The notes below the pieces were generated by a model. The model saw only the letters and a program-made list of their open reading frames with translations. It did not search any database and was not told where the DNA came from. Shown here piece by piece: positions 19,901 through 28,710 of a DNA stretch of 64,000 nucleotides. The translations under genes were made by a program, and so were the position numbers. Positions within the stretch are counted from its first letter, which is position 1. Each line of letters starts with the position of its first letter. Source of the stretch: Candidatus Poribacteria bacterium (GTDB lineage: Bacteria; Poribacteria; WGA-4E; GCA-2687025); the NCBI GenBank assembly GCA_963665845.2, contig OY762492.1, positions 320,001-384,000 on the forward strand, read 5' to 3'.

Positions 19901-22218
19901 CCGACTCGGTCGACGCCGCCTTTGACGCGACAATCACCTTCAGCAAGGCGGTGACCGGCTTCGAGGCGTCCGATATTACGGTAACGAACGGCTCCGTCTC
20001 CTCCTTGACCGGCAGCGGCGCGGTCTACACGGCGGCGATCGCTTTGACGCCGCTTTTCGAGGGTACGGTCAGCGTTTCTGTGCCGGCAGGCGCCGCTCAA
20101 AGCGCCGACAAGGAAGACAGCCTCGCCGCCTCGTTTGAAGCGGCGGTCGATCTCGGCGATCCAACCGCGAACATCACAGGTCCGGAGGGTCCGATCGGCA
20201 CAGGCGCGTTTGAGATTACGATCGCCTTCAATCAGAACGTGACAGGGCTTGAGGCGTCCGACTTCGCCGTCACGGGAGGAACCGCCGCTGAACCGACAGG
20301 CTCTGGCGCCGCGTACGCCGCCTCGATAACGCCGTCATCGGACGCGGATAAAGTGACCGTGTCGCTGCCCGCGGGCGCCGTCCAGAACGCGGACGGCGAC
20401 ATGAACGAAGCCTCCAACACTTATGAAATCGCCATCGACAGCGACAGCCCAACCGTTGCCGTTACAGGTCCGAAGGGTCCGGTCAACGGCGATTCGTTTG
20501 ACGTTTCGGTCGAATTCAGCGAAGAGGTAACAGGTTTCGATGCCGATGACGTCTCGGTCGAGGGCGGAACCGCCGCCTCGGTCGACGGCAGCGGCATGTC
20601 GTATACGGTCTCGATAGACCCAGAGGATGACTTCGAAGGCGCGCTGACCGTCTCCATCCCCGCCGACGCCGCGAACGACAGCGCCGACAACGGCTCTCAA
20701 GCTTCCAGCGTCTATTCGGTTGAAGTTGACCAAACGGCGCCGACCGTTTCTATCGAGGGTCCAAGCGGACCGCTCGGTCCCGCGCCGTTGAATTTGACAA
20801 TAACGTTCAGCGAGTCGGTCAGCGGCTTTTCGTCGTCCGATGTTGCCGTAGTCGGCGGCTCGGCGAAGGCGTCCGGCAACGGGATGGATTACACCGCCGA
20901 GATCACGCCCGCCGATGATTTCCAGGGTATGTTGACGGTGTCGATTGGCGCCGATGCCGCGCAAGATTCCGCCGGCAACGGAAACGCCGCTTCCGACGCC
21001 TACTCGGTCGAGATCGTGCGCTCAACATCCTTCACCGTGAACCTGCGACAGGGTCTCAACATGCTGCATGTGCCTGTGAACGACGCGCGGGCGGAGCGTT
21101 TGAGCGGCTTATATAACGTATTGGGCGGTTTTCAAGACGTTGAGTTCCTTTTGGCGTATTCGTATGAGTCGGGACGTTTCATCGCCTATGTGGACAGCCT
21201 CGCCGGTTCCAGTTCCGATCTTCGGTTGGACGATGGAACCGCCGTCGTCGCTTCCATGAGAAATGCGAAGGCGGTTACGTTCACGGGCGGCCTTTTATCG
21301 CCTGAAGTTCCGCTGCGCGTCGGCATCAACCTGATTGGCGCCACCCGCTCCAGCGCCATTGAGACAATCGGCGATCTAGCGGCGCTTTCAACGGATTCGC
21401 TGCTCGTTCTCGCTCTTCAGGTGGACGATGCCGGCAACGCCCTCTTCGCAGACTCGACCGACTCAACCGCCGCGGCAAAAGGCGCCGAGGGTTATATCGT
21501 CTTCGCGGAAGCCGAAACGGTTTTGACCTTCGATGGCGGCGCATGGAAAAACGACGCTGCATCAACCGCCGCGCCTTTAGCAGCGTACGATCCGTCTTCG
21601 ACGCCGCTTCTCGTGGTGGAGGGTTCTATCGCGCGGGAGGACAATCTTTCCCCGCTGAACGGCTTGGAGGTTTCCATTACGAACCTGCAGACTGGACAGA
21701 CCGCGTCTGACTTGGCGGGTAGATCGTCCGTTTCGGGCCGTTTCTCCCTGCCGCTCTTGGCGTTGACAGGCGACAGCTACGCCGTCGGCGACGCCTTCGA
21801 CCTGCGCGTTTCCGATTCCAGCGGGGCGTTCGGCGGCGTCCGGACGGTTCGCATCGTACTGGATAAAGAGACCGCCTCATCGGGGCGCATCGACATCGGC
21901 CAGCTGCTGGCAACCGCCGTGCCGACCGAGTCGTCTCTCTTGCCGAATTACCCAAACCCGTTCAACCCAGAGACCTGGATACCGTTCGATCTGTCCGAGG
22001 CGAGCCGCGTGACGATAACGATCTACAACGCGGCGGGTCAAACGGTTCGCGCGCTGGAGTTGGGGCAGTTGCCGGCGGGCGCCTACCGCAGCCGGTCCAA
22101 AGCTGCCCACTGGGACGGACGCAACGCCCTCGGCGAACCAGCCGCCAGCGGCATATACTATGTCCGCATAGAGGCGGGGTCGTTTTCAGCGCTGCGGCGC
22201 ATGGTCGTCTTGAAGTAG
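16975..22218 (+). CDS. Giant secreted protein: ~20 WD40 repeats, 4 Ig-like repeats and a T9SS-like/FlgD-type C-terminal domain
   Basis: Signal peptide; GH..V.SVAFSPDG..IASGS.D.T.KIW repeats; four PT(V/A)xxxGP..FS..V.GF repeats; LPNYPNPFNPETWIPF...RRMVVLK. Confidence 0.88.
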   Translation: MADTRTNTARRTASIFTILLAATFLLVSGRAQGQTGAPSYPLTLTGHANNVNSVAWSPDGTKIVSGSNDNKIKIWNAATGALIRTLTMHTDNVNSVAFNHDGTRIASGSDDDDVKVWNVSDGSVANTETGHSGDVTSVAFNHDGTVIASGSKDDSIKLWNLTVSITNTYNYNDDVADFLSVAFNHDGTRLAFGNANNSLRIERIEGGRAPYNVLHTLSANTVASVAYNHDGTRLVSGSAGTGAANQTVKIWDMSATTPTALHTLTHGSAVNSVAFSPDGTLIASGGDDDTIKVWHAASGALIKTLTESTDNVNSVAFSPDGTKIASGSDDNAIRIWKTPLPTDPHSGDVLSVAWSPDGTKLVTGSADNTVKIWTDTTAPVKTLYGHTGAVYSAAFNDDGTRIASGSGDNSIHIWNASTGALDFDGPAGSYAINSVAWRSDKTTNVTAVISANGNLDVAFWNASTGLSVRAGLTGAGYEATLNHDKTQFAGSVVNGIKIWNIPADLATAAPTQQGSDLSVNAVSHTAFNHDGTRLVSGSSGTDAANQKVKIWDISSTPFVLHDLVHGGIVFAVDFSPDGTKVASGGADSNIKIWNAADGTLIRTIDGHTAAVNSVAFSPDGTKLASGSDDDTVRLWNVATGEQIAEPLSPTEPPVVIDPYRTNIESLRFSADLTKLITARLAGYADIWNLDLTKKTAVLSKPLKQGQHWVLDADLSPDGKQIVSAGSNIVLQISDAETGLIAHTLKGHTDWTTAAAYSPDGSLIASGSQDKTARLWNAKTGALVHTLEGHTGTVGAVVFSSDGALLATVSEDNTARVWNVSTGALVHTLTGHTAAVGSAAFSPAGNMLATVSDDGTARLYNVSTGALVHTLEGHTGAATAVVFSPSGASLVTGDDGGTRRVWSVGTGELQTTLGEATDPITTGFLTDPGNSRHRGSVRALTFTADGKTLISCGSWVDVLMQELEIGDPPTVTITGPTDSVDAAFDATITFSKAVTGFEASDITVTNGSVSSLTGSGAVYTAAIALTPLFEGTVSVSVPAGAAQSADKEDSLAASFEAAVDLGDPTANITGPEGPIGTGAFEITIAFNQNVTGLEASDFAVTGGTAAEPTGSGAAYAASITPSSDADKVTVSLPAGAVQNADGDMNEASNTYEIAIDSDSPTVAVTGPKGPVNGDSFDVSVEFSEEVTGFDADDVSVEGGTAASVDGSGMSYTVSIDPEDDFEGALTVSIPADAANDSADNGSQASSVYSVEVDQTAPTVSIEGPSGPLGPAPLNLTITFSESVSGFSSSDVAVVGGSAKASGNGMDYTAEITPADDFQGMLTVSIGADAAQDSAGNGNAASDAYSVEIVRSTSFTVNLRQGLNMLHVPVNDARAERLSGLYNVLGGFQDVEFLLAYSYESGRFIAYVDSLAGSSSDLRLDDGTAVVASMRNAKAVTFTGGLLSPEVPLRVGINLIGATRSSAIETIGDLAALSTDSLLVLALQVDDAGNALFADSTDSTAAAKGAEGYIVFAEAETVLTFDGGAWKNDAASTAAPLAAYDPSSTPLLVVEGSIAREDNLSPLNGLEVSITNLQTGQTASDLAGRSSVSGRFSLPLLALTGDSYAVGDAFDLRVSDSSGAFGGVRTVRIVLDKETASSGRIDIGQLLATAVPTESSLLPNYPNPFNPETWIPFDLSEASRVTITIYNAAGQTVRALELGQLPAGAYRSRSKAAHWDGRNALGEPAASGIYYVRIEAGSFSALRRMVVLK

Positions 22219-22230
22219 GGAAGGCGTCAG

Positions 22231-22830
22231 ATGAACGCAATCGCGCAACTGCCAGACGGGGCGGAGGGGTTCATTCGCCCCGTCGGGTATATGGCGAAAC
22301 GAATCAAAGCGGCTGACATGCTGGAGCCTGAGCATATCCGCGAAATCTATTCGGTGAGCAGCCACATCTCGCCGTATTTCATGAAGAACCGCTTTCGTCT
22401 CAAAGAGCCGAACGCCTACTGGCTTTTCAATTCGCCGATGGAGATACAGGCGGCGGCGGAGAACGACGGCGTCAACCTTGAAGGCGCGGCGGCTTTGTAT
22501 TATGAGGCATACTCGCGCGAGTTTCTTGAAGGCGCATGCGTCTGGCAAAACACCAAGACGAACTGGGACGGCTTGAACCGTATCGCGCCGCCGATAGAGC
22601 CTGTTTTCCGCGGCATTGACGCCGTCACCTACTGCGGCGGTTTCGATGCCGAATGTTCCCCGCTCTCATGCAATTACATGGCGCATGAGACGCCCGACGC
22701 GGTGAACGCCCACTGCCTTTTCGATACATTTGAAGCGGCGGTTGAGAATCTTGAAAAGGAACGGATCATCGGGGAGCCTGGGCCGTATCGGCTGCTAGCG
22801 GTCTATACGGTCAGCGCGCCTTGGGAATAA
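22231..22830 (+). CDS. Conserved hypothetical protein (ECSPLSCN / EPGPY motifs)
   Basis: GGAAGG RBS; protein-like composition; no function recognised. Confidence 0.65.
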   Translation: MNAIAQLPDGAEGFIRPVGYMAKRIKAADMLEPEHIREIYSVSSHISPYFMKNRFRLKEPNAYWLFNSPMEIQAAAENDGVNLEGAAALYYEAYSREFLEGACVWQNTKTNWDGLNRIAPPIEPVFRGIDAVTYCGGFDAECSPLSCNYMAHETPDAVNAHCLFDTFEAAVENLEKERIIGEPGPYRLLAVYTVSAPWE

Positions 22831-22890
22831 TGGATAATTCGGCAGATTTAGCGTATCTTTAAAAAAGAACGCTCACTCTGGGACGACAGC

Positions 22891-23877
22891 ATGGCATCTC
22901 CGCCGCGCGGCAAAATAGAGAACGCGCTCATCGTAACGCATTACGATCTGGACGGGTTTGTGTGCGCGCTGTCGCTCATCGAGGCGTTTCATCTGGGGGT
23001 CGGCCGCGTTCTGTTTTTGAGTTACGGCGCGCATCGGTCCAGCATGATCGAAAGCGCCGTCCAAAAAACGAACGCCGAGTCGGTCTTCGTGTGCGACATC
23101 GGGCTGTCGGACGACGACCTGGAGGCGGACTGGGCGACGGACCCGACTCTCTACCGCGTTCTGTTTGATCATCACCGCTCCACGCTGGACCTGAACCTAG
23201 ACTGCTTCGACGAGGTCTATGTGGACGCTTCGGGCGATGTATGCTCCTCGGATTTGGTATTTCAGTATCTACGGCGGCGCCTACCCGCGCACCTTGAAGA
23301 GAAGCTGCGTCAATGGACGGCGCTGGCGCATGACCGCGACCTCTGGATCAACCAAGACCGCGAGATGGGGCAGCGCGTTTCTTGGCTGTTGAAAGACCGC
23401 ATCCATCAGCGTCTCGAAACGGCTCTGACCGCCGCCGCCCCCGCCGAGTTTCTAAAACGGCTGCATGGAAAATGGAAGCGCGGGGAGGAGCTGTTTGCGG
23501 ACGCCGCCGCCTGCGCGAAGAACACGGCGCATCTGTTTGAGGACGGCGCCGTCCCTGTCAAGATTGCCTATGTGAAACGCGACACGTCGGATGTGGCGGA
23601 AGAGCTGCAGGAGGGCGGGCAGCTGATTGTGCTGCTGAACCTGTTTGGGCGGCATATCGGGGTGAGCCTGCGCGCCGACAGGAAGGATATTGACGCGGCG
23701 GAGATTGCGCAGCGCTGCTTTGGCGGCGGCGGCCACCGCTCGGCGGCGGCGGGCTTTCTCGACACGCGCCATCTTCTAGGCGGATACCGCGCCGTCTATG
23801 AGACGATCCTGCCGGTTCTAGAGGAGCAGCTGAAGTCGGGCGCCGCGTCCGATTCCCCCCTTGAAAAGGGGGGCTAG
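22891..23877 (+). CDS. DHH/DHHA1-family phosphoesterase
   Basis: THYDLDG, CDIG, FDHH, GGGGHRSAAAG motifs. Confidence 0.85.
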   Translation: MASPPRGKIENALIVTHYDLDGFVCALSLIEAFHLGVGRVLFLSYGAHRSSMIESAVQKTNAESVFVCDIGLSDDDLEADWATDPTLYRVLFDHHRSTLDLNLDCFDEVYVDASGDVCSSDLVFQYLRRRLPAHLEEKLRQWTALAHDRDLWINQDREMGQRVSWLLKDRIHQRLETALTAAAPAEFLKRLHGKWKRGEELFADAAACAKNTAHLFEDGAVPVKIAYVKRDTSDVAEELQEGGQLIVLLNLFGRHIGVSLRADRKDIDAAEIAQRCFGGGGHRSAAAGFLDTRHLLGGYRAVYETILPVLEEQLKSGAASDSPLEKGG

Positions 23878-23983
23878 GGGGGTTTAAAGAACAGGCGTGT
23901 CGGCTGCGATGCCTTAAGATTCCCGTTTTCACGGGAATGCATGTCCTCGCGGAAGCGGGGAACGACGGGCGGCGCGGACGCTC

Positions 23984-24790
23984 TTAAATTGTGGTCGCCA
24001 AAAAACCGCCGTCGACGCGAATATCGGCTCCTGTAACAAACGAACTTGCATTTTCAGAGGCGAGAAAGATCGCCGCGCCAACCAGCTCGTCGGGGCTGCC
24101 AAAGCGTCCGGCGGGCGTATGCCCCAGGATTTGCGCGGCGCGTTCGGTCGGCGTTCCGTCCTCGTTGTAAAGCAGCCGCCGGTTCTGCTCGGCGGGGAAA
24201 AAGCCAGGGGTGATCGAGTTGACGCGGACGCCTTTGGACGCCCACTCGCGCGCCAGAAACTGCGTCAAGCTCAAAACAGCCGCTTTTGCGGACGAATACG
24301 CCGCGACGCGCGACAACGGAATATGCGCAGCGACCGAGGCGATGTTGACAATGCTGCCCCGCCCCGCCCGAACCATAGCGGCGCCGTACTCGCGGCATGG
24401 GTAGTAAATGCCGCCGCAGTAGTTGAGCGTCATGACGGCGTTCCATTCGTCCGTATCGACCGCTTCAAACGGGTTCTCTGGGGTGACGGTCGCTTCGGGT
24501 CGGTTGCCGCCGGCGGCGTTGACCAGTATGGTCGGCTCTCCAAGCAGCGCGGTCGTTTTATCGCGCGACTCTCGGACGCTTTCAGGGTTGACGGCGTCGC
24601 AGAAGACAAAGGCGGCGTTTCCGCCCGCGCGTTCGATTTCGCGGACGCGCTCCATCCCTGCCTCTTCGCGCCGCCCAAGAATCGCCGCCGAGGCGCCCGC
24701 TTCCGCCAACCCGACCGCAATCCGACCGCCCAAGACGCCCGTTGCGCCGATGACGACCGCCGTTTCTCCGCTTAGATCAAATCTGCTCAT
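23984..24790 (-). CDS. SDR oxidoreductase, D-mannonate oxidoreductase-like; start at MSRFDL or 14 codons upstream
   Basis: GATGVLG, NAAGGN, YSSAK, RVNSITPGFFPAEQNR. Confidence 0.8.
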   Translation of the reverse strand: MSRFDLSGETAVVIGATGVLGGRIAVGLAEAGASAAILGRREEAGMERVREIERAGGNAAFVFCDAVNPESVRESRDKTTALLGEPTILVNAAGGNRPEATVTPENPFEAVDTDEWNAVMTLNYCGGIYYPCREYGAAMVRAGRGSIVNIASVAAHIPLSRVAAYSSAKAAVLSLTQFLAREWASKGVRVNSITPGFFPAEQNRRLLYNEDGTPTERAAQILGHTPAGRFGSPDELVGAAIFLASENASSFVTGADIRVDGGFLATTI

Positions 24791-24853
24791 GATGGCATCC
24801 CTTTCAATTTCGCAAAGCGTTCTTGTTGCCATGCCTATTTTACTCTGCGGCGG

Positions 24854-25621
24854 TCAAAGGTCAAACAGGCGCATCTGCGCAGTCCACTGACTCACGCGCG
24901 CTTCCGCCAGCGCGCAGTATCCCTCGTCAATCTCAATGCCGACGCCGAAACGGTTGTTGGAGACCGCCGCTACGAGAGTCGTCCCGCTGCCCATGAACGG
25001 ATCCAGAACCGTATCGCCGACAAAGCTGAACAGCTTGACGCACCGCCTCGGCAACTCCACCGGAAACGGAGCGGGATGCCCGATCCGCTTTTTGCTTTCG
25101 CCGGGGAATGTCCAAACCCCGTTCGTCCATTCCATAAACTCCTCTTTGCTCATGTCCGATTCGCCGCTTCCGCCCGTCTTTTTCCACCGTTCTTTATAGA
25201 GAACGGCAATCAGCTCCACCGGCGCAATCACATACGGCGCCGACGCGCGCATCCATGAACCCCATGCCGTCCGCTTTGAGATGTTGCCCTCGTTCCAGAT
25301 GATGACGGCATGGTACTGGAAACCGACGCTGATCGCCAACGTTATCAGATCGGGACCGACAGGCCGCTGCCCGCCCTTGTTGATGTCCAGCGGGATGTTG
25401 AGGCAAAAGCGCCCGTCCGGCTTCAGCCAATCCAGGCAGCGCAAAAACCATTTTTTAGAAAAATGGAGATAATCTTCGTAGGAGAGTTCGTCTTCATTCG
25501 AGTCGTATTCGATGCCGACATTGTACGGCGGCGATGTGACGATCAGGTCGATGCTGCCGTCCTCAATCGCCTGCGTTTTCAGGATGTCGTCGTTGATGAT
25601 CCAAAACCGTTTGTTATCCAT
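24854..25621 (-). CDS. N4-C/N6-A DNA methyltransferase (beta-type order); start moved to MDNKRF
   Basis: VTSPPYN precedes HPAPFP and LDPFMGSGTT. Confidence 0.88.
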   Translation of the reverse strand: MDNKRFWIINDDILKTQAIEDGSIDLIVTSPPYNVGIEYDSNEDELSYEDYLHFSKKWFLRCLDWLKPDGRFCLNIPLDINKGGQRPVGPDLITLAISVGFQYHAVIIWNEGNISKRTAWGSWMRASAPYVIAPVELIAVLYKERWKKTGGSGESDMSKEEFMEWTNGVWTFPGESKKRIGHPAPFPVELPRRCVKLFSFVGDTVLDPFMGSGTTLVAAVSNNRFGVGIEIDEGYCALAEARVSQWTAQMRLFDL

Positions 25622-25737
25622 GCTTGCATTCCTCTGCCTATGCATGCCGGTATAGGACGTTTGGGCATGGATGTCAATTGGAAAATGAACGGCTTGAATC
25701 GCCGCAGCGCGCGTTACGTTCATCGCGGCATTTCGCC

Positions 25738-26415
25738 TCAACTTTCTGACGACCGCTTCAGATCCGCGATGAAATGCTCAAAAAGTTTCACTTTGCCGCT
25801 TTGTTCAAAGTCGGCGTCTGTCAGGACGTAGGTGCAGTCCAGCTCCGTTTCCACAATCGCTCTTCCTTTTTTCGGAACGTCGGCGGCTTTGAACGCGCCG
25901 TCTTCGTCGGGCGTGACAAAATAAACCTTGATATGCTCAGTGGCTTCGTCCGCCAGCAATTTCAGTTTCCAGTATCCTGTCTGGGCAATCCGCTCGCGCA
26001 GCGTGATTTTGCTTGAAATGACCGCAACGACCTGCAGCGTCTCCGGCTTATAGACCGCGATATCCACATCGGGCAAATGCAGCCCAAATTCGCCGTAGTC
26101 GATCGCTAAATTGCGTTTTACGGTACTCAACTCCTTGGATAAATTCTTACTGCGTTCCAGGCTGTTCCCGTTGACCACTTTCATCCCAAGCTGCTCTATC
26201 GATTCGGTGATGATCCGCTGGATCAGCTTCTCAAAGTTTTTCCCTTTGAACGCCTTCCAGCTCTGCTCATGATCCCCGTCAGGCTTCTTTTCAAGAAAAT
26301 CCCTGCGGTGGCGGTCTTTTGCGTCTTTCAGAAGTTGCGAGATATGCTTGTAGGAATCGTTCCCGTATTCTTGATGCAATTCGGCATACATTTCCCATAA
26401 ATCGTCAAACGTCAT
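25738..26415 (-). CDS. Type II restriction endonuclease, BsaWI-like (PD-(D/E)xK, CCGG family)
   Basis: QSWKAFKGKNFE, LPDVD, SSKITLRERIAQTGYWKL fit the PD..K..RER signature; flanked by methyltransferases. Confidence 0.78.
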   Translation of the reverse strand: MTFDDLWEMYAELHQEYGNDSYKHISQLLKDAKDRHRRDFLEKKPDGDHEQSWKAFKGKNFEKLIQRIITESIEQLGMKVVNGNSLERSKNLSKELSTVKRNLAIDYGEFGLHLPDVDIAVYKPETLQVVAVISSKITLRERIAQTGYWKLKLLADEATEHIKVYFVTPDEDGAFKAADVPKKGRAIVETELDCTYVLTDADFEQSGKVKLFEHFIADLKRSSES

Positions 26416-26421
26416 GCCCGA

Positions 26422-27744
26422 CTATTCCTTCAATCCGATCACGATATATTCGGTCGGGTACGCTTCCGAATCCGCCTTGTCCCTGCTGGCGAACCGCCCT
26501 GTTTTTTCATCTCGGCTTTGCGGCAGTATCTTCAGCGGAATGACCCGTTTGATGAGCCTGTCCAGCTTGAATCCTGAAATCTGCAGCGCCTCCGCAAACG
26601 CTTCGCCGTTCAGAATGCTGACGCCTTTCAGCTTCGTGTTTCCAATCACATAGCAGCATCTGCCGCCCGGCTTTAGAATCCGATAACTTTCATCAAACAC
26701 CTTCTGCATGTCGATAAAGAACGCCCGGATCTCTTCCGCCGTTTTTGCGCTCTTCTTCTTCATCTCTCGAACAATGTTGGACGCGATGCGGCTGTCCAGC
26801 GGCTTGAGACTATGCCGCCTGTAAGAGGTGCCGATGAACTCTTTTCGATACTCTTTGAGATCGTCCGCTAAATCGAGCCAGAGCGTGGAAAGCTGATGCA
26901 GATCGGCGTATTCATAGCTGGTCACATACGGGCTTGAGCTGACAATCAAATCGACGCTGTTGTCGGGAACATTTTGCGCTTCGGCGGAGCCGACCTGGAT
27001 ATTGACATGCCCGTTCGGATCCTCTTTCACATGGGACGGCACAACATCGTAAAATTGAAGGTTGCCTTTCTGCATTTTCAAAAGATGCCGTTTGAGAGCG
27101 TCGCGGGGCGGAGTCGGCCGCTTTTTGAAATCGCGCGTCGGTTTTGTGCTGCCTTGATTCCATATGGAGCATGTTTTGAGAACATGGCTAAACGCGACCA
27201 GCAGAAACGACTTGACCGAAGGATCGGTCTCCTTGCGAATCAACGCCAAAATTTTGCCCAGCTCGTCCCGCGCCGATTCCGTAAACCAGTAGTCGATCCG
27301 CTCCATATGCTTCTCTGGAATATAAGGCTCAATCGGTGAACCGCGAAACAGCCGCCCGTTCTCCTCCAGGCTCCATACCTTCGACAAAAAAGCGTTCACT
27401 TTGATGTCGAGATGGTCAGGCGGCAGCGCCTTCGCTTTCGCGCCCGTGATCAGATGAGCGACCTTGTTGATGTCGGTCCCGCTTGCATGAAAACCGCGCG
27501 ACACGGCGCTGACGATTGTTGTCCCGCAGCCCATGAACGGATCGTTGACGCTGGCGCTCTCTCCCGCGATATACTCATCCATCAGCCGCTCCACCAGCTG
27601 CGGGATGAACTTGGCGGGGTAACGGTGGTACCCATGCGTCCATTTGCCGGTGTCGGACGGCTTGCACTCGCTGAACGACCATGATTGGTCGGCGCTGGTT
27701 TGGTCAAACCATTCCAAAATCTGGTCGGGGGACATGCGGTTCAC
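26422..27744 (-). CDS. N4-cytosine DNA methyltransferase (alpha-type order)
   Basis: HRYPAKFIPQ; DPFMGCGTT precedes SSSPY; adjacent to the endonuclease. Confidence 0.85.
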   Translation of the reverse strand: MNRMSPDQILEWFDQTSADQSWSFSECKPSDTGKWTHGYHRYPAKFIPQLVERLMDEYIAGESASVNDPFMGCGTTIVSAVSRGFHASGTDINKVAHLITGAKAKALPPDHLDIKVNAFLSKVWSLEENGRLFRGSPIEPYIPEKHMERIDYWFTESARDELGKILALIRKETDPSVKSFLLVAFSHVLKTCSIWNQGSTKPTRDFKKRPTPPRDALKRHLLKMQKGNLQFYDVVPSHVKEDPNGHVNIQVGSAEAQNVPDNSVDLIVSSSPYVTSYEYADLHQLSTLWLDLADDLKEYRKEFIGTSYRRHSLKPLDSRIASNIVREMKKKSAKTAEEIRAFFIDMQKVFDESYRILKPGGRCCYVIGNTKLKGVSILNGEAFAEALQISGFKLDRLIKRVIPLKILPQSRDEKTGRFASRDKADSEAYPTEYIVIGLKE

Positions 27745-28667
27745 TCTCCGTCTTTGCGGTCGGTCAGATTCAGCAATTCGGCGATGTCGGGCGGAAGCGG
27801 GACGCCGACCCTCGCCTCAAATTCGGCGGCAACGTCCATCCCGTTTTCGATGGCCGCTTCTAAGTCCATTTTAGCCCTTTTCCATCGCCCGCGCCTAATC
27901 CGCTTACAGCCCCGAATAAAATAAGCGGCGTCGAGATTTTTGCGCGCGTCCGGGTCTTTCGGGTTCAGCTCAATTGCTTTTTCAAAAGAGCGAATCCCGT
28001 TCGCCATCCTCTTCATTCCGAAATACGCAATGCCGAGGTTGTTGAAGGCGCCGGCGTCTTTTGGGTTCAGCTCAATCGCTTTGTTGAAATCTCGAACGGC
28101 GTCGTCGTGCTTGCCTTCAGCAAGAAACACAGCGCCGCGCCCAAAAAAGAGGTCTGGGTTCTGCGGTATGGTCAGGATCGCCTTGATAAACTCATCAACG
28201 GCGCGGTCGTAGTCGCCTTGTTCTTTTAGAGAATCGCCGAGGCCGATGTAAGCATCAACCGATTTTGGGGCGCGCTTTATAGCCATTTTGAAATCGCTGA
28301 TGGCGTTGTCGTACCGCTTTATGGAAGCGTAGGCGTTTCCTCGGTGGACATACATTTCAGCCATATCGGATCGGAGCGCGATGGCTTTATTGTAACATTC
28401 GATTGCCTTGCGGTATTCGCCGATGTTGGAATAGACGACGCCGAGATTGAAGAGCGCGGCGGTGAACTGCGGATGCAATTTTAGAGCTTTCTTGTATCCC
28501 TCAATTGCATTCCGATACCATTTTCGCCGCTTTGTTTCTTCAGGGCCTGCATATTTTCGATTCAGCCTTACGGACGCCGTAAAGCCGTAATTCAGCAATT
28601 GAGATTGATCATGCATGCCGCGTTTAATTTCCGTTGCCATTATCACCGCCGCCGTCTGCTCAATCAA
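27741..28667 (-). CDS. TPR-repeat protein
   Basis: About six 34-aa repeats (A.FNLG..Y....Y..AI..YNKAI.L.P); start uncertain. Confidence 0.8.
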   Translation of the reverse strand: MIEQTAAVIMATEIKRGMHDQSQLLNYGFTASVRLNRKYAGPEETKRRKWYRNAIEGYKKALKLHPQFTAALFNLGVVYSNIGEYRKAIECYNKAIALRSDMAEMYVHRGNAYASIKRYDNAISDFKMAIKRAPKSVDAYIGLGDSLKEQGDYDRAVDEFIKAILTIPQNPDLFFGRGAVFLAEGKHDDAVRDFNKAIELNPKDAGAFNNLGIAYFGMKRMANGIRSFEKAIELNPKDPDARKNLDAAYFIRGCKRIRRGRWKRAKMDLEAAIENGMDVAAEFEARVGVPLPPDIAELLNLTDRKDGE

Positions 28668-28710
28668 TTAATGCCGCCATTCGTCTCTGTTGTCAAGGGG
28701 CGGCCGCTCA

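Noticed and set aside
25738-26415. Depletion of WCCGGW sites as evidence of endonuclease specificity
   Set aside because: ACCGGT and TCCGGA sites are readily seen in the window and I cannot compute expected counts
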